Shown here piece after piece: positions 1-12,100 of a stretch of DNA of 64,000 bases. Numbering within the stretch: the first letter of the stretch is position 1; the number at the start of each line of letters is the position of its first letter. Under the pieces are notes generated by a model that saw only the letters and a list, made by a program, of their open reading frames with translations, was not told the DNA's origin and did no database searches. The position numbers and the translations under genes are program-made. This DNA comes from Phoronis australis (taxonomy: Eukaryota; Animalia; Phoronida). The stretch lies in contig NMRA01000475.1 in NCBI GenBank assembly GCA_002633005.1, positions 186,001-250,000 on the forward strand. The letters are read 5' to 3'.

Positions 1-364
1 TGTTGACTTGAAAAGAACATGGAATCCATCGCCGACTGACTCTGCTTCGGAGTATATTGTTGTTGAACAAATGTAAAATTACCGATTCCAACGCATTCAT
101 ATGCTAGACACTTCCCGATACATTTAGCCTCAAATTCAAGGACCTTTAACTGGAGGCCAACTCAAACTACAACATATCTCCGGTCATGTTTCCTCTACAC
201 GTCCCACATCTAACAAGGTCTTTCAATTGAAATAACAGAATTTTGTTAAAAAGTTCCACATGCAATGCAAATTAGAACTCATTTTAAGTACACAAAAATT
301 TATTTTTAGCAAATCCAAGTCCAAGCTAACAGAAAATAGCTAATCAACTTTGGTATCACAGGAA

Positions 365-710
365 GAACAGATCTGACAAGTTGTATAGTACACATCTAAC
401 AGATCTGACAAGTTGTATACAGTGGCAGATCTACGATTTCAGTAAGGGGGGATTTAGGATTCGAGAGAATCCGAGGCGCGTAGCGCCGAGGGGAAGGAAG
501 GTCGCGAGAGGGTTTCTCTCCTCCCGTGTAAGATTTTTTGGGATTTTTAGTAGCTAATTTCGTTTTTCTGGCGATTTTTTTTCCAGTTTTTACTTTTGAT
601 CCTGTCCCGAGGGGGGGTTTAAACCCCCTGAACCCCCCTGTAGATCCGCCTCTGGTATAGTACACAGTCTAACAGATGTGACAAGTTGTATAGTACACAG
701 TCTAACAAAC
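365..710. repeat. Short tandem repeat (about 33-bp unit AACAGATCTGACAAGTTGTATAGTACAC...) interrupted by a MITE
   Basis: Three to four copies flank the insertion at 420-654. Confidence 0.75.
420..654. mobile_element. MITE with CAG..CTG termini and a 5-bp TSD (hAT5-like)
   Basis: TIR CAGTGGCAGATCTAC / GTAGATCCGCCTCTG; TSD GTATA at 415-419 and 655-659; neighbouring repeat units show the empty site. Confidence 0.88.
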
Positions 711-2190
711 GTGTAAACAATGAGGAATCACACATCTCAAATATTTGATACTCAACAGAACAAAATCACCATTAGTAAAAAATAAAAACATTCAATGTCA
801 GGAGCCTGTTTCACTAAAATGCAACACCTGTACAACATTTTTTAAAGCAAATCTAAAAGAATAGGTTTGACCAGCCGTAAGTTTTGGCAAAACTCTCCAT
901 TTAGACTCTGCACAAAACATGGTTAAGTTAGGACATTTTAATGAAATAGGCCACAAACGTTTAATTCACACAATCAATTTTAAGTACATGTCACTATTTT
1001 GAACGGAGAATGTTACTACCCGTCTCCAATTAGCATGATTGAGTTTAATTCTTAAAGTAAATTCTGTTATTCACTGCTAAAGCCACAAGTACATGACAAT
1101 TTTAACGATCTCAAATCATCAAGTTCAACCTGGAATAAAATGAGTACGCTATGAAGTAACTTAAGCAAAAATAACAGTGCACAAGTGAAGTTCCCAACAT
1201 AGCTTTAAGAATGGGACAAAACCGACATCTTGCTGCATAACCTAGGGTGGGGCTCTGGAGGCTTGTGCTACACATGGAGCAAAAACCCTCTCTTACAGAA
1301 CAAAAACAATGCATTGTATACCAAAGTTCAATATCTCAATCTCACTGACCAATCAGTTGCTAGGCAACTCTAGCAAGCTCCAGAGCATACTTTCCAAACA
1401 ATTTCCCTAAATTGACTGCATGGTCTTGGTTTTTTGTTGTCTCTTGAGTCTATATGAAGCACCCCTACACATGGCTAAGCAGCATGAGGTCTTACGAACC
1501 ACAGGGATATTACCACTGTGAAGTAACAGGCTAGTGCTGAAATGTTAAGAAAAGTGGGACAAAAATCCCCCAGTTCCACAGAAATGGTCACAAGTCTTGT
1601 AATCTAACTTTAAGTCATAATGTTTGCTTTTGGTTATTTGACCTCATTGCTGTGCATTTGACTTTAAATATTATTCTCCTCATGGATCACAAAACTCAAT
1701 GTCCTGACATCACGGTTTACCCTTATTTCTTCCTACACATAGGTACACAAAACAGATCTTCATCAAACTTGAAAACATGAACCACCAAATCTGTAATGTA
1801 AAGCCTCTCGAGTTAGCCTGCTTACCTCTGGTATGTTTGTCTGTTGATTATGACAATAAAAATGCATTTACCGAGCTATAGCCAAAATTACTTACACCAC
1901 AAAGAATGCTACTAAAGGAAGACTGTTGAATGGCCTTTTAATGCCGAAATGTTTTCATTCGTATTGCAAGGCAGTGAAACAGATACCAGAATAACCCATC
2001 CCGATACACAGACCGGAAGCTGAAACTAGTACGCAAAGTAAGGGACAGCTCTGCTGGGAATTTCATAAGAAAATGTCAGAGTTGAGAATCAGTTATCTAT
2101 GCTCTATGATATAATACATGTGTATAAGCATGTTGAACAATCAAGAGAGGCCAATGTCCATCAAAACACAGTCCATCATGACAGGGTTTA

Positions 2191-2256
2191 CTTGCTCATC
2201 ATCAGTAGCCATGGTTACCAAAAATTTTCCCAAAGCCACGTCATTATTGCACAAAA
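2191..2256 (-). promoter_or_regulatory. SECIS element in the SELENON 3'UTR
   Basis: Minus strand AUGAC GUGGCUUUGG G AAAA UUUUUGGUAA CCAUGGCUAC UGAU: AUGA/GA core, 10-bp helix II with one U-U, unpaired AAAA 11 nt above the core; about 830 nt downstream of the stop. Confidence 0.85.
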
Positions 2257-3079
2257 CCAAGTGATGACAGCTTTGGTGCTTTGATGAACAATCAATTTAT
2301 TGCAGAGTCAAAGCATAGTAATGCAAGGACTCACATTACACAATTATTCAACACTTTTCGTAATGCTGAACAAAATTATATAGAGTGCAGTTTAGGTAAT
2401 TTGACTATTACCTTGGGACATCCCCACAAAATTGAGTCGTGAAATAAGGCAAGTTAACCTTTTTGTTTTTTATGGAGCTCAAATGTGTTAGTTTTGGGTT
2501 AATAAACTACCAAATTCCTATTCTACCTTTGTACTTTGAAGTTGAACACTTTTGTTATAATGCTCAATATTAGTTTAAATTCACACAGTGTACTGTACCA
2601 CCTTAAGTCCGATAACATAGTAAATATAAATACAAAATATTTCACAAAAAATTCATTACAGCTGCAAAATTCACCAAGACATCTACATGAACACATTGTA
2701 CAAGTCTGCATGTTTATACAATCATTTTCACCAGAAAAGTAGATTGATTTCTAGAACAACAGAGACTGCTCAACAAAGCAATACTGTTTCTGAAAGGTTG
2801 CAACAGATAGAGATTTCTAACATTATTAAACTTGTTGAGGTAATGAATCAAGAACAAACAATAAGTCAAACTGCCTTACACTGAACCCTCCCCAGACATG
2901 TTTGAAACGTTTGCTGTAACCAAATCAACTGGAGTGCAGTACAGTTGGCTAGAAACTTTGGAATGGAACGCTATAAGTGAGTAAACATTACAAACCAGGA
3001 ACATTGTAATGGAGTTTGACTGTACTAAGAATAGTGCAGTATACATTGCAGCAAAAAGAAATGAATCCGACAATAGAAG

Positions 3080-3167
3080 CTATATTTCTGATTTTAACAA
3101 GGGTGATGCTTTTTCCAGACCTTCCGACAGGAATTTCACATAGAGCACTGAGCCTGGATCTTGAAAT
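3080..3167 (-). CDS. SELENON: SELENON terminal coding exon
   Basis: tttcag|A FQDPGSVLYVKFLSEGLEKASPLLKSEI TAG; resembles the SelN C-terminus (FEDP...Y..FL.EGL). Confidence 0.9.
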
Positions 3168-6100
3168 CTGAAATTAACAGAGATGTAACTACAATATTTT
3201 CAAAGTCTTCCAATACAGCACAGTACAAAACAGTACAGTAAAAGTACAGTATTGTACTGTACAATACAGTACAGTGCAACACAGTACAGCACAGCACAAC
3301 ACGGCACGGCACAGCACAGTACAGCAAAGTACATGTGAACAAAAATTGGTTTCCCGGCACTTCTCAAGAAACTTCTGAAGGTGAATTTTGCTTGCATTTA
3401 ACCATCATGTCATCGTAATGAGAATTTTGCATCAGATTACAGTAATTCCTATTTCACATAGAAATAATTGACGATTTTTTCTATTTTCAAAGGCTGATTA
3501 TCTCACTACAAAGAATGGAAACTTTGTGAAATGTTGTCTTGTAACAACTACTTTGTACATACCAAGCTAATAACAGATGACTGATGTTACGACTAATCAT
3601 CATATTGATGATCATTTATAATCAGCCTAATGTGAAGTCACGCTATTAAACCGAAATGGCGGTGCATTATAGTTTGGACAGGACATTCAGGGTACCCTGA
3701 ACATAATACATTCCTAGTACACGGACGCGGATGAAATTTAATCCAGTTCAGCTGTTCAGAGATAAGGCACAGCCACTTCCACGAGTTTTGAAAATTCCAC
3801 ATTTCTGATGGCATCAGGAAAATTGTGAGAAAAACAGAGATTTGATTTGATCAAATGCAGCTCTTTACTCAATTACTGTCATGAGACAGCAACACTTGCC
3901 AAATGAACTGAGCTGGCAACAAAACCACTGAAAACAACAATCAGCAAATTTTGCAAATAATAAGAGGACCGATTACACTGCTATGACAAAAAATAAACAA
4001 CCGATTTAACGCATGAAGAATAGTCGACGTAAGAACAAGTACATTGAAACAAATACAATTACTACTACAATGACTGGATTTTTACTACTGCATAACATGA
4101 GGCAAGTGTGAAGTAAAACAGACCCTACTCTTTAATACTTCACTTTTAGTAAGGACGAGTGAATGGACCACGACACGTGAATCATTATGAGTGACAAAAC
4201 GACTAGGATTCTTACCCCGATTCAAGCAAAGACATGTCTTTTTCACTGTCCATGAATTCGTTTGCATTCAGTTGCTTGAGCACCGTCCCGTCAGGAAGCA
4301 TGACGGACATCATCACAGGAAATGTATACTCTTTCATGATACGTTCAGCAACAGATTGGAGTGGGTGAGACTCATTTTCTTGTATTTCCTTGTGGAAATA
4401 AAACATCCATTGCTCACAAGTCTTTTACAAATGGAAAGGTTTCACATCACATTAACAAGGGTAATTTCAAGTGAAAATGTATTCTTGAAGATAAGCGGTA
4501 ACAAAATTGACGATTTTCCACAAGCCACTTGAATGAAGAATTTAGAGGTTCCACAAAAGTTGTGAAAAAAACCCAAGTTACACTCTGTTTCAGCCACAGA
4601 TTGCAGTCTCTACATCAGCTCTACAGCTTTTATGAATTTAAAACGTAATGTGTTTTAACAGACATCTTCAAGGTTTAATTTTGTTAAATACTGTCACATG
4701 GAGAATGCTAGTTCTGTGTTCAGCATGCTTTATTATCCAGTGTATACAGTGTTTGCCCTATACTTCTAAACACTGCGGTCCATTTGACCCACCATACCAA
4801 ATTGTTGGAGTTCATTTCAATGACTTGGGGTCCAACAAAGTAATCAAGACAAAATAATATTGTTCTGTTATGATGGCAAATTTTGTTAACAGCAAAAATG
4901 ATTTGTAATAACTATTAGGGAACCAAAATTCAAATTATAGAATGGTTCAGACACCTTACCAACTTTCCTGTTAATCCACCTTCATTCTCAATCATACTCT
5001 CACGATAAACTTGGCTTTCACTCAACCGTCTTGACGGCACACAAACTTACTTTGAGCTCAGCGACCAGACTCCAACTGCTAACAAAGTCTGCTTCAAGCA
5101 GACTTAGAACGCCCGAACTCTCGAGAATTGACTCTCGTAGAGTTCGGGCCGAACCTCAGCAGCTCTGGTCATCCAAGGCGCCCCACAATGCAATGTGGTG
5201 CAGAGGACGATTGAGTCGCTTTGCCTCCTTAACAGCTTGGGTGATGTTATAATACTCCACCTGCAGTACGAAAACAGTTCACTGAAGACAACATTGTCGC
5301 ACCATTTCACTATTTACGTAGACAAGTCATAAAACAGCTGTTAAAAATTTGATGAAGTCTACTCATTAATTATTAAGTGTCATCCAAGTTACGGAAAAAA
5401 TCGCTCAGGTGTTTTGTGCAATGGGCCCAACCATGAGGCCTGCACACATCTGATGCACTGCAAATGATATCAGGCCACATAAAGGTGAAAATCTGACAAA
5501 AATTGCCAGCAAACATAAATTCACCAATTTTCCAGCAAGAAGTTGTTTGCAAAATTTTTCTAAAACTACTGTCCTATCACAGAAGATTATTATATAAGTA
5601 TCAATGACTTTGTATGAAATCTCTGTCACAAATTGGCACTATAAAATTTCTGAATAATTTGGAAAAAGCACAAAATGAATTTAAAACTTAAATGTAGTTT
5701 AGAACCTCAATGCTTAGAAAACTGTTACAATAGCATCACTTCAACAGCATTGATTTTCAAAAGATTCAACCAAGAGTGTTTGTTTGGGGGACAAAACAAA
5801 ACTCTAGGAATGAGCATGTCATTGCTTAACTAGGACATTAGTGAGTTCACTTTATTTAACCCTTATCCTGCGCTAGGCGAGGTCAGCCGACAAGCCTATT
5901 ATCCTATTAAAATGCTTCGGGTGTACTCAATCGCCTATAATAAGCTACGGCTAGACTGCGCAAGGAGGGTGTACTCACCCCAGGACACTGGTGTTTTTCA
6001 TTCACAAATTGTGAAAGCCCCGTATGCTGTTTATATATGTGAGCATGCGTATTCCACAGTCCATAGTTTCCTGTACATTTTTCTGATTTACAACATATGG

Positions 6101-9100
6101 CTGTGGTTATTTCTTTCCGAGTTTTACGCAAGTTTTATCTTGGCTGGTGCCAAACGTGGTAAGGTGACTGTTGACCAGTGTTCATGGACTCATATAGTGA
6201 AATCCAGCTGGAATTGGCACTTGAAAGTGATGGTGACAGCGACGGGGAAACTAACACAACAGTCACAGTAATGCAGATTCTATCGATTTGGATCTCAGTG
6301 CAATTTTGGAGGAGTTATCGGTCCCTGAAACTGAACTTGGACGGGCCTACGACGATGCTTGGCTCACGCCCTTCAGGCATAATACAGGGCCTCTGAAACA
6401 TGATGGAACACATTCTGAACTAGATATTTTGTGACTTTTTCACTGAATAGCTTTGTGTCCCCACCCATGTTTCAAGTTTTTGCACACCAAGGTGAACTTC
6501 AAAACAGACTTTGGCAAGCAACTGAACCAGTCATGAATTTGTAATCGTGCAAAGTTGAGGTATGTTATATACTGTACATTCTTGTTTGTAGATGTGATGT
6601 TACAGACAATAAATCTGCTTTAAAGTCTCATGAATTCCCTTTTAAAAATGCTTATTACGGTTTTTGAGTGTCAGCTCTATTTGATGTTCTCATGTACGAA
6701 AACAAAGGGTGTCCAGTTTGAAAGTTAATAGAATTATTTACACCAAGGCTACGGTAAAGATATGCATATGGTGAAAATCTCTATTAAATTCTGAACAACT
6801 TTCGTCAAGGCCACTTTCATGTAAAGTTGACATAACCCCTTCAAATTTCCAATCTAAAAATGTTAGGTCATTAATCTGAGTGACCTTCATAACAGCCCAG
6901 TGCACAGCAGCAGTGGTGACCTACTTAGCTCAGCGCACAGGGAAAGTTGTCTGAATAGAGGCTTAGCACGATAAGGGTTAAACCAGCAGTAAACACTTAT
7001 TCACATACCGAAGGACTATCACTTAAATCAGTGACTTAATTACACAAAGACTTCAGACAGCCAGCACAAACCTCCTTAAACTTGTAAAAGTATTTTTCCA
7101 GAGTCCTGCTCGCTTCATACATGGTGACTTGCCCTGTCCATTGAATATTATCTACGTTGGGGTCGTCAGGATTTGTGTACTCTGTTAATTCTGCCTCTCT
7201 CACATCCACTGAGTCCATGACGGCCGGGTGCGATGATGTGACCCCTCTCAGCTCCATCTGAGGCATGAAACCAATGTCCACCTCATTCTCTTCAGTGGTG
7301 CGTGGTCCATTCATCCACTCCATGTCTGAAACATCATCCGACGTCAACGGTGAAATTGCAAAGTTTCATAAAATCAAAGTGCCTTAGGCATCTGGAAGTA
7401 TTAGACATCAACAAGAATGATCATGTAATGGACTTAACACTTTCAGGGGTTCTAAGATGTCATCAAGAACCAACCATCAAAACCGTTGAAGGGGCAATAA
7501 ACCGTCACCTTTTGTCAGAAACCAACTTTTGATTTATGCCACTTACTGTAAAATCAGTCATCTTCGTTATATAAATAAGAAATCATTTCTAGGCATGAGA
7601 ACTGGCAGGTAACTATTACTTCACATTAGGCCAATTAAGCTACTTTTTATGGCGGGTTAGTTTCAATAGCCAAAGCAAGATGGCCGCCAGGGGAATTCCA
7701 TGTGAATGAGAACGCAATGACGTTACTTAGGAAGAGCAATTGTGCCTATGAAAAAGTCGATGTTTTCAGCACCACACACCCTTTACAGCTGCAGTTTTAG
7801 TTATGCGTGCAACAGCAGTTGATATGCACACTGATGCTTACTTACCAACATTGAGTTTCTTGTCAGTCGGCACTTTCATGTGGAAGTGGACAACATGTGA
7901 TAGGTTACGAGTGATGACTAGACGACCCATGAACTGAGCAGGAGTGAACCAGAATGGGTAGAACGGTGGCTCATTCAGCTGGAACTCAGAGTGGATCCTG
8001 AAATTGTGTAAAATCAACTAACAGTAACAACAATAACAGTAATAACAACAACAACAACAACAATTAAGTAAACAATTGTCGGAATGGGTTTACATCCATG
8101 GTGTGTGAATTAAAGAGACTGAAACTTTAAGGTATGCAACAAAATGTTCTTTGGGCGTTAAATGGTGAAAATTTTCAAATTCAAGAGGGGAAGGCGTTTT
8201 GATGAACCTGAGGGTTAACCCATTGGCAAATAAATACGGTATTATCATGAATTGTGTTATGCAATTTATATTCATTACAGTCATTTTGAACTTGAAAGGG
8301 ACACTTTTAAAACCACAGCAACATTTCATAGCTTGAAGACCAACTACTTCTTTCTTTCTAATTAAGACAATTTGATGGATTGTAATGAAGATGGGACTCC
8401 ATTGTAGAGAGCTGAGAAGAGACATCACCTGTGAACTTAAGAACTGTAGCTCTTCAAGGTGAAGAATTGGGGAAACGTGCTATAAAAATTGTACTCCTAG
8501 TGCTCAGCAAGTACACAGACAAATATTGATGAACAATTTTTAGATGGAGTTAGACAACTATGAATGACGGAGAGTGGAACAGTCAGAGCTACTTCTAAGG
8601 ATAAGAAATAGGTCTATTTTTCCAGGCTTTTTTCCAGAAAGTGAATAACTGATGAACACTCAAAATGACATTCCAACAGTCAGAGGAAATTGCATGTCAC
8701 TAAAGCACATGCAGTTATATATTTCATCAAGTACATATAGGCCATCGACCCCTTATACATACAGTGAACCCATTTTTAATTTGACGCTATACAATCAGTC
8801 TGCTCACACAGACGATCTACGCAAAAGAAGAGTTTCGCAACATCTCTTAATACACTACATCTCTTGACTCCATAATTTTCTGAAAGATATACGAACAATT
8901 CTCAAAAGAGACAGTTGGAATCCTAAATCTAATTTCAAGATCGGTGTACTGTCATTTGTTTAAAGAGTAATCACCTTTCTGAAAAGACAAAACGTGTCAA
9001 CTTGCAGAGGGAGAAGCAAACCACCTTATGTTCATAAACATATTAACCCTGTTTTTATGAGCTATTTCATGCTCTTCGACCCTGGATTTTTTCTCCTTTC

Positions 9101-12100
9101 ATGAGACTCTACCTGTAATGTATACTATACCTGAACATGATATCCAAATACTCCTGGTTGAAGGCCCGAATGCAGGCTGCAGCACCCTGGGGAGCAAATC
9201 TCATATGAACGTGAGGAACAGTGTGGAACATGGCTAAGAGACGATGAATAGTCACATCATTACCGGACACACGTGCTGGATAGTAGCGATTACTGGACAG
9301 AGGAGGACCACGCTCCTCCACGGGCGAGCCAATGAATTCAGTGATCTTATAAGCATAGTTGAAGGTATCCACAAATGACTTGTCAGGAAGGAACAAATTG
9401 ATGAGTTGGCGAGCGGAGAAATTATCCCAATCTTTATTGGCTTTCTTCCATGCTTTCAGCCCAGTCAGAGAGTTGAGGCCGTTACTCTGGTGATAAATAC
9501 AAATACAATGGAAAGATAGTTAATTAGAAATGATTTAATTTTTGCCTAATGTGGACTAAAATTCTTTATTTGTGGCTGAATGCATAGCATTTCAGAGATA
9601 ATTCCCAAGCGGGTAGTTTTCTTTTTAAAATTCTTTTAAATACGCAGTTATTTTCATCAATCCAGCTTGTCTGAAAAGTAAGTAAATTTACAATTAATTT
9701 CCACTTCTTTTTGCTACTTCCATATAAGTTTGTGTCATAAGATGTAACGTAATTATATTTCTCATTATTCCATGTAATATTCTGCTCAATGTATAATTTA
9801 TCAAATTCACCTGCTTTTATTTAGAAATAAGTGCATTCTTTAAAATTTTACTGTCATAAAAAACTTATCACTTATGGTCTTATCCTAAGTTTTCTTGTCC
9901 AATGTTTTATCTTTCAATTGTAAAGGTGTGCTCATATTTTTCATTGAAGATGACAAACACAAAATTGAAAAAACAATGGTGCCTTTCCACAATGACATGA
10001 TTTGAGTTGTGCGACTCCCTTGCATCAAGCAAACAAATCTATAGCTAACTTTACAAAATGAAAGACATTAGTAGGTTAATGTTCTCAGCCATCAATCAGC
10101 AGAGTATTACTATAACCCTTTGTCCAGAAGCCAGTCAACAGAACACTTGTGAAATTTGGTCAGCCACTGAACTGAGTCAACCGTGGGAACTTTCACTTCT
10201 CCAGTGAAGCATACACAAATAGTCACGAAAGTAACAGAGATTGCTATGCCCCCTATTGAACAAGAACGCCAATTATTTTCATAACTCACAAAGGTACAAC
10301 AGTTCATGTAGTCGGACACATGCGCATCTAATCATGTTGGTCATCTTGCCCCAATACCACAAGTACGGCAACTCTCCACTTACTTCGAACACTCACTGCA
10401 TTTCGCCCATCCGAAGAACTTAGAAAAATAATATTTTGAACCATACTTATTTTGCACAAGGCTACTTGGTGGGAACATCCTGCCTCAACTAATTCGCACA
10501 CAGTCAAGTTTGCACTTCAGAAAATATGAACACAAAGCCCTGCTATTAAATCCTAGTAATACAAACCTATTTAACGAATGTTTGATAAGGTCTGAGCAGT
10601 GTATATCTACTACTTAATTCATGCATGTGCTGTTGTAAATATGAAGTGAAACGGGTGACCTGGATGAGTGGGTGTGATTCAGAGTCAAATGCTCAACAGA
10701 AAGCTTCGCAGATGATGAAGTAAAGTACTTTCATCTTGGACCAGGTAACTTTTTTACCCTTAACTGGATCACACTGGAAACCCGTGGGTCGCATTTCGTT
10801 GCAGTTGGCAATGCTTATTTACTCAGTTAATTTCAAACACCCGTCGTCAACTAGGAAGTTTGTATATAGTTTATTTGGTATACCCGACTATCAGGAAAAT
10901 GTCTTAGTTTCGAATGGCTGTCACTCCCAGAACAACCCACAGATGTCACTCTATAACATCTTAATTTATTTTGTGCAAAATACAAAGAGAATTACCGTCA
11001 GTGTTAATTACTTTATTAGTCAACTTTTAACGACAATCTTGAAATGTGACAGAATTCATAGCTGGAAAAGGTAATAACATCATGGAACTCTGGGGGTGGG
11101 CTCTTTCTCTCTCATACAGCACAGTTCATATCAAACACGCAGCAGTGAGGCAACGCTCAGAAGTCCGGAGGTGACAAAGGGAGAGGTGGTGACCGGACCT
11201 CTTTATTGACCCGGGTAGCAATGAAGATGGCAGTTAAGTGGCTCTAATACAGTCATATGGATATATCAACCAACCACCTTGAAGATGTGCGGGTCTTGCC
11301 GCGCCAGTCAAATCATAATATTTTGCCCTGTTCTACAGGTGGGTAGAACTGTCAAGCAGGATATGCCAATTTAGATGGGGTTTCTCATCTCTCAGGTATT
11401 GCCCTGGATGGGTACTTCACTCTTGATATGCTATCTCGGTGTGGATATTCTTTTCTAGATATTGTATCTGGTCAATACGACATAGTCTGGCAAGAAAGTA
11501 TATACTGTAGACACATTTTCTTGACTTGAAAATGCTCATTGTAGAGACCCCAATTTTCCATTTTCAAAAAACAGAGATCTTGTTTTTTCCTGGGAATCAC
11601 GCTAATCTATCTAATGCCTTTATGCAACAACCCCGTTTTACAAATAATATGCAACACAACATGTTACTCAAGAAAGAGCAGCGCCATCTTCAGAAAGAAT
11701 GAATAACTACTTGAAGATGTCTACTACAAAACAACCATTGATCAATTCACGTCGATTATTGGTCTTGGGTAACAAATCTGATGGATTACATCCATTCACA
11801 GTTTTTAGTAATTAAAAACCAAAACATTAGAATTTACTACTGAAATATGTGAGTTTCATTAGACCCGTAATTCTGTAAAATTCAAGATTTTGTGAATTCC
11901 ATCCGTTTTCTGTTAATATCACAAAAACTTTAGGCATATGTCACTTGTTCCTGTGTAGTTGACTTTTTACTTGTACTCATCACTTTGCATTTCAGCTGAC
12001 TACTACTACTACTACGGTACTTGTGTATATGACAATGAACTACATTGGAAAGGTGTGGGTTATACAGCACTACACTTGTCCATATTAGTATTTAACCCTG

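Noticed and set aside
3800-3885. Second SECIS-like ATGAC...AAA pattern
   Set aside because: No convincing helix II or GA partner, and it lies in an intron.
4212-4214. TAA as the SELENON stop codon
   Set aside because: It lies within the gtaag donor; the conserved C-terminus is in the exon at 3080-3167.
5104-5310. ORF-track proteins over the Sec exon
   Set aside because: Wrong frame or strand; the real frame contains the TGA.
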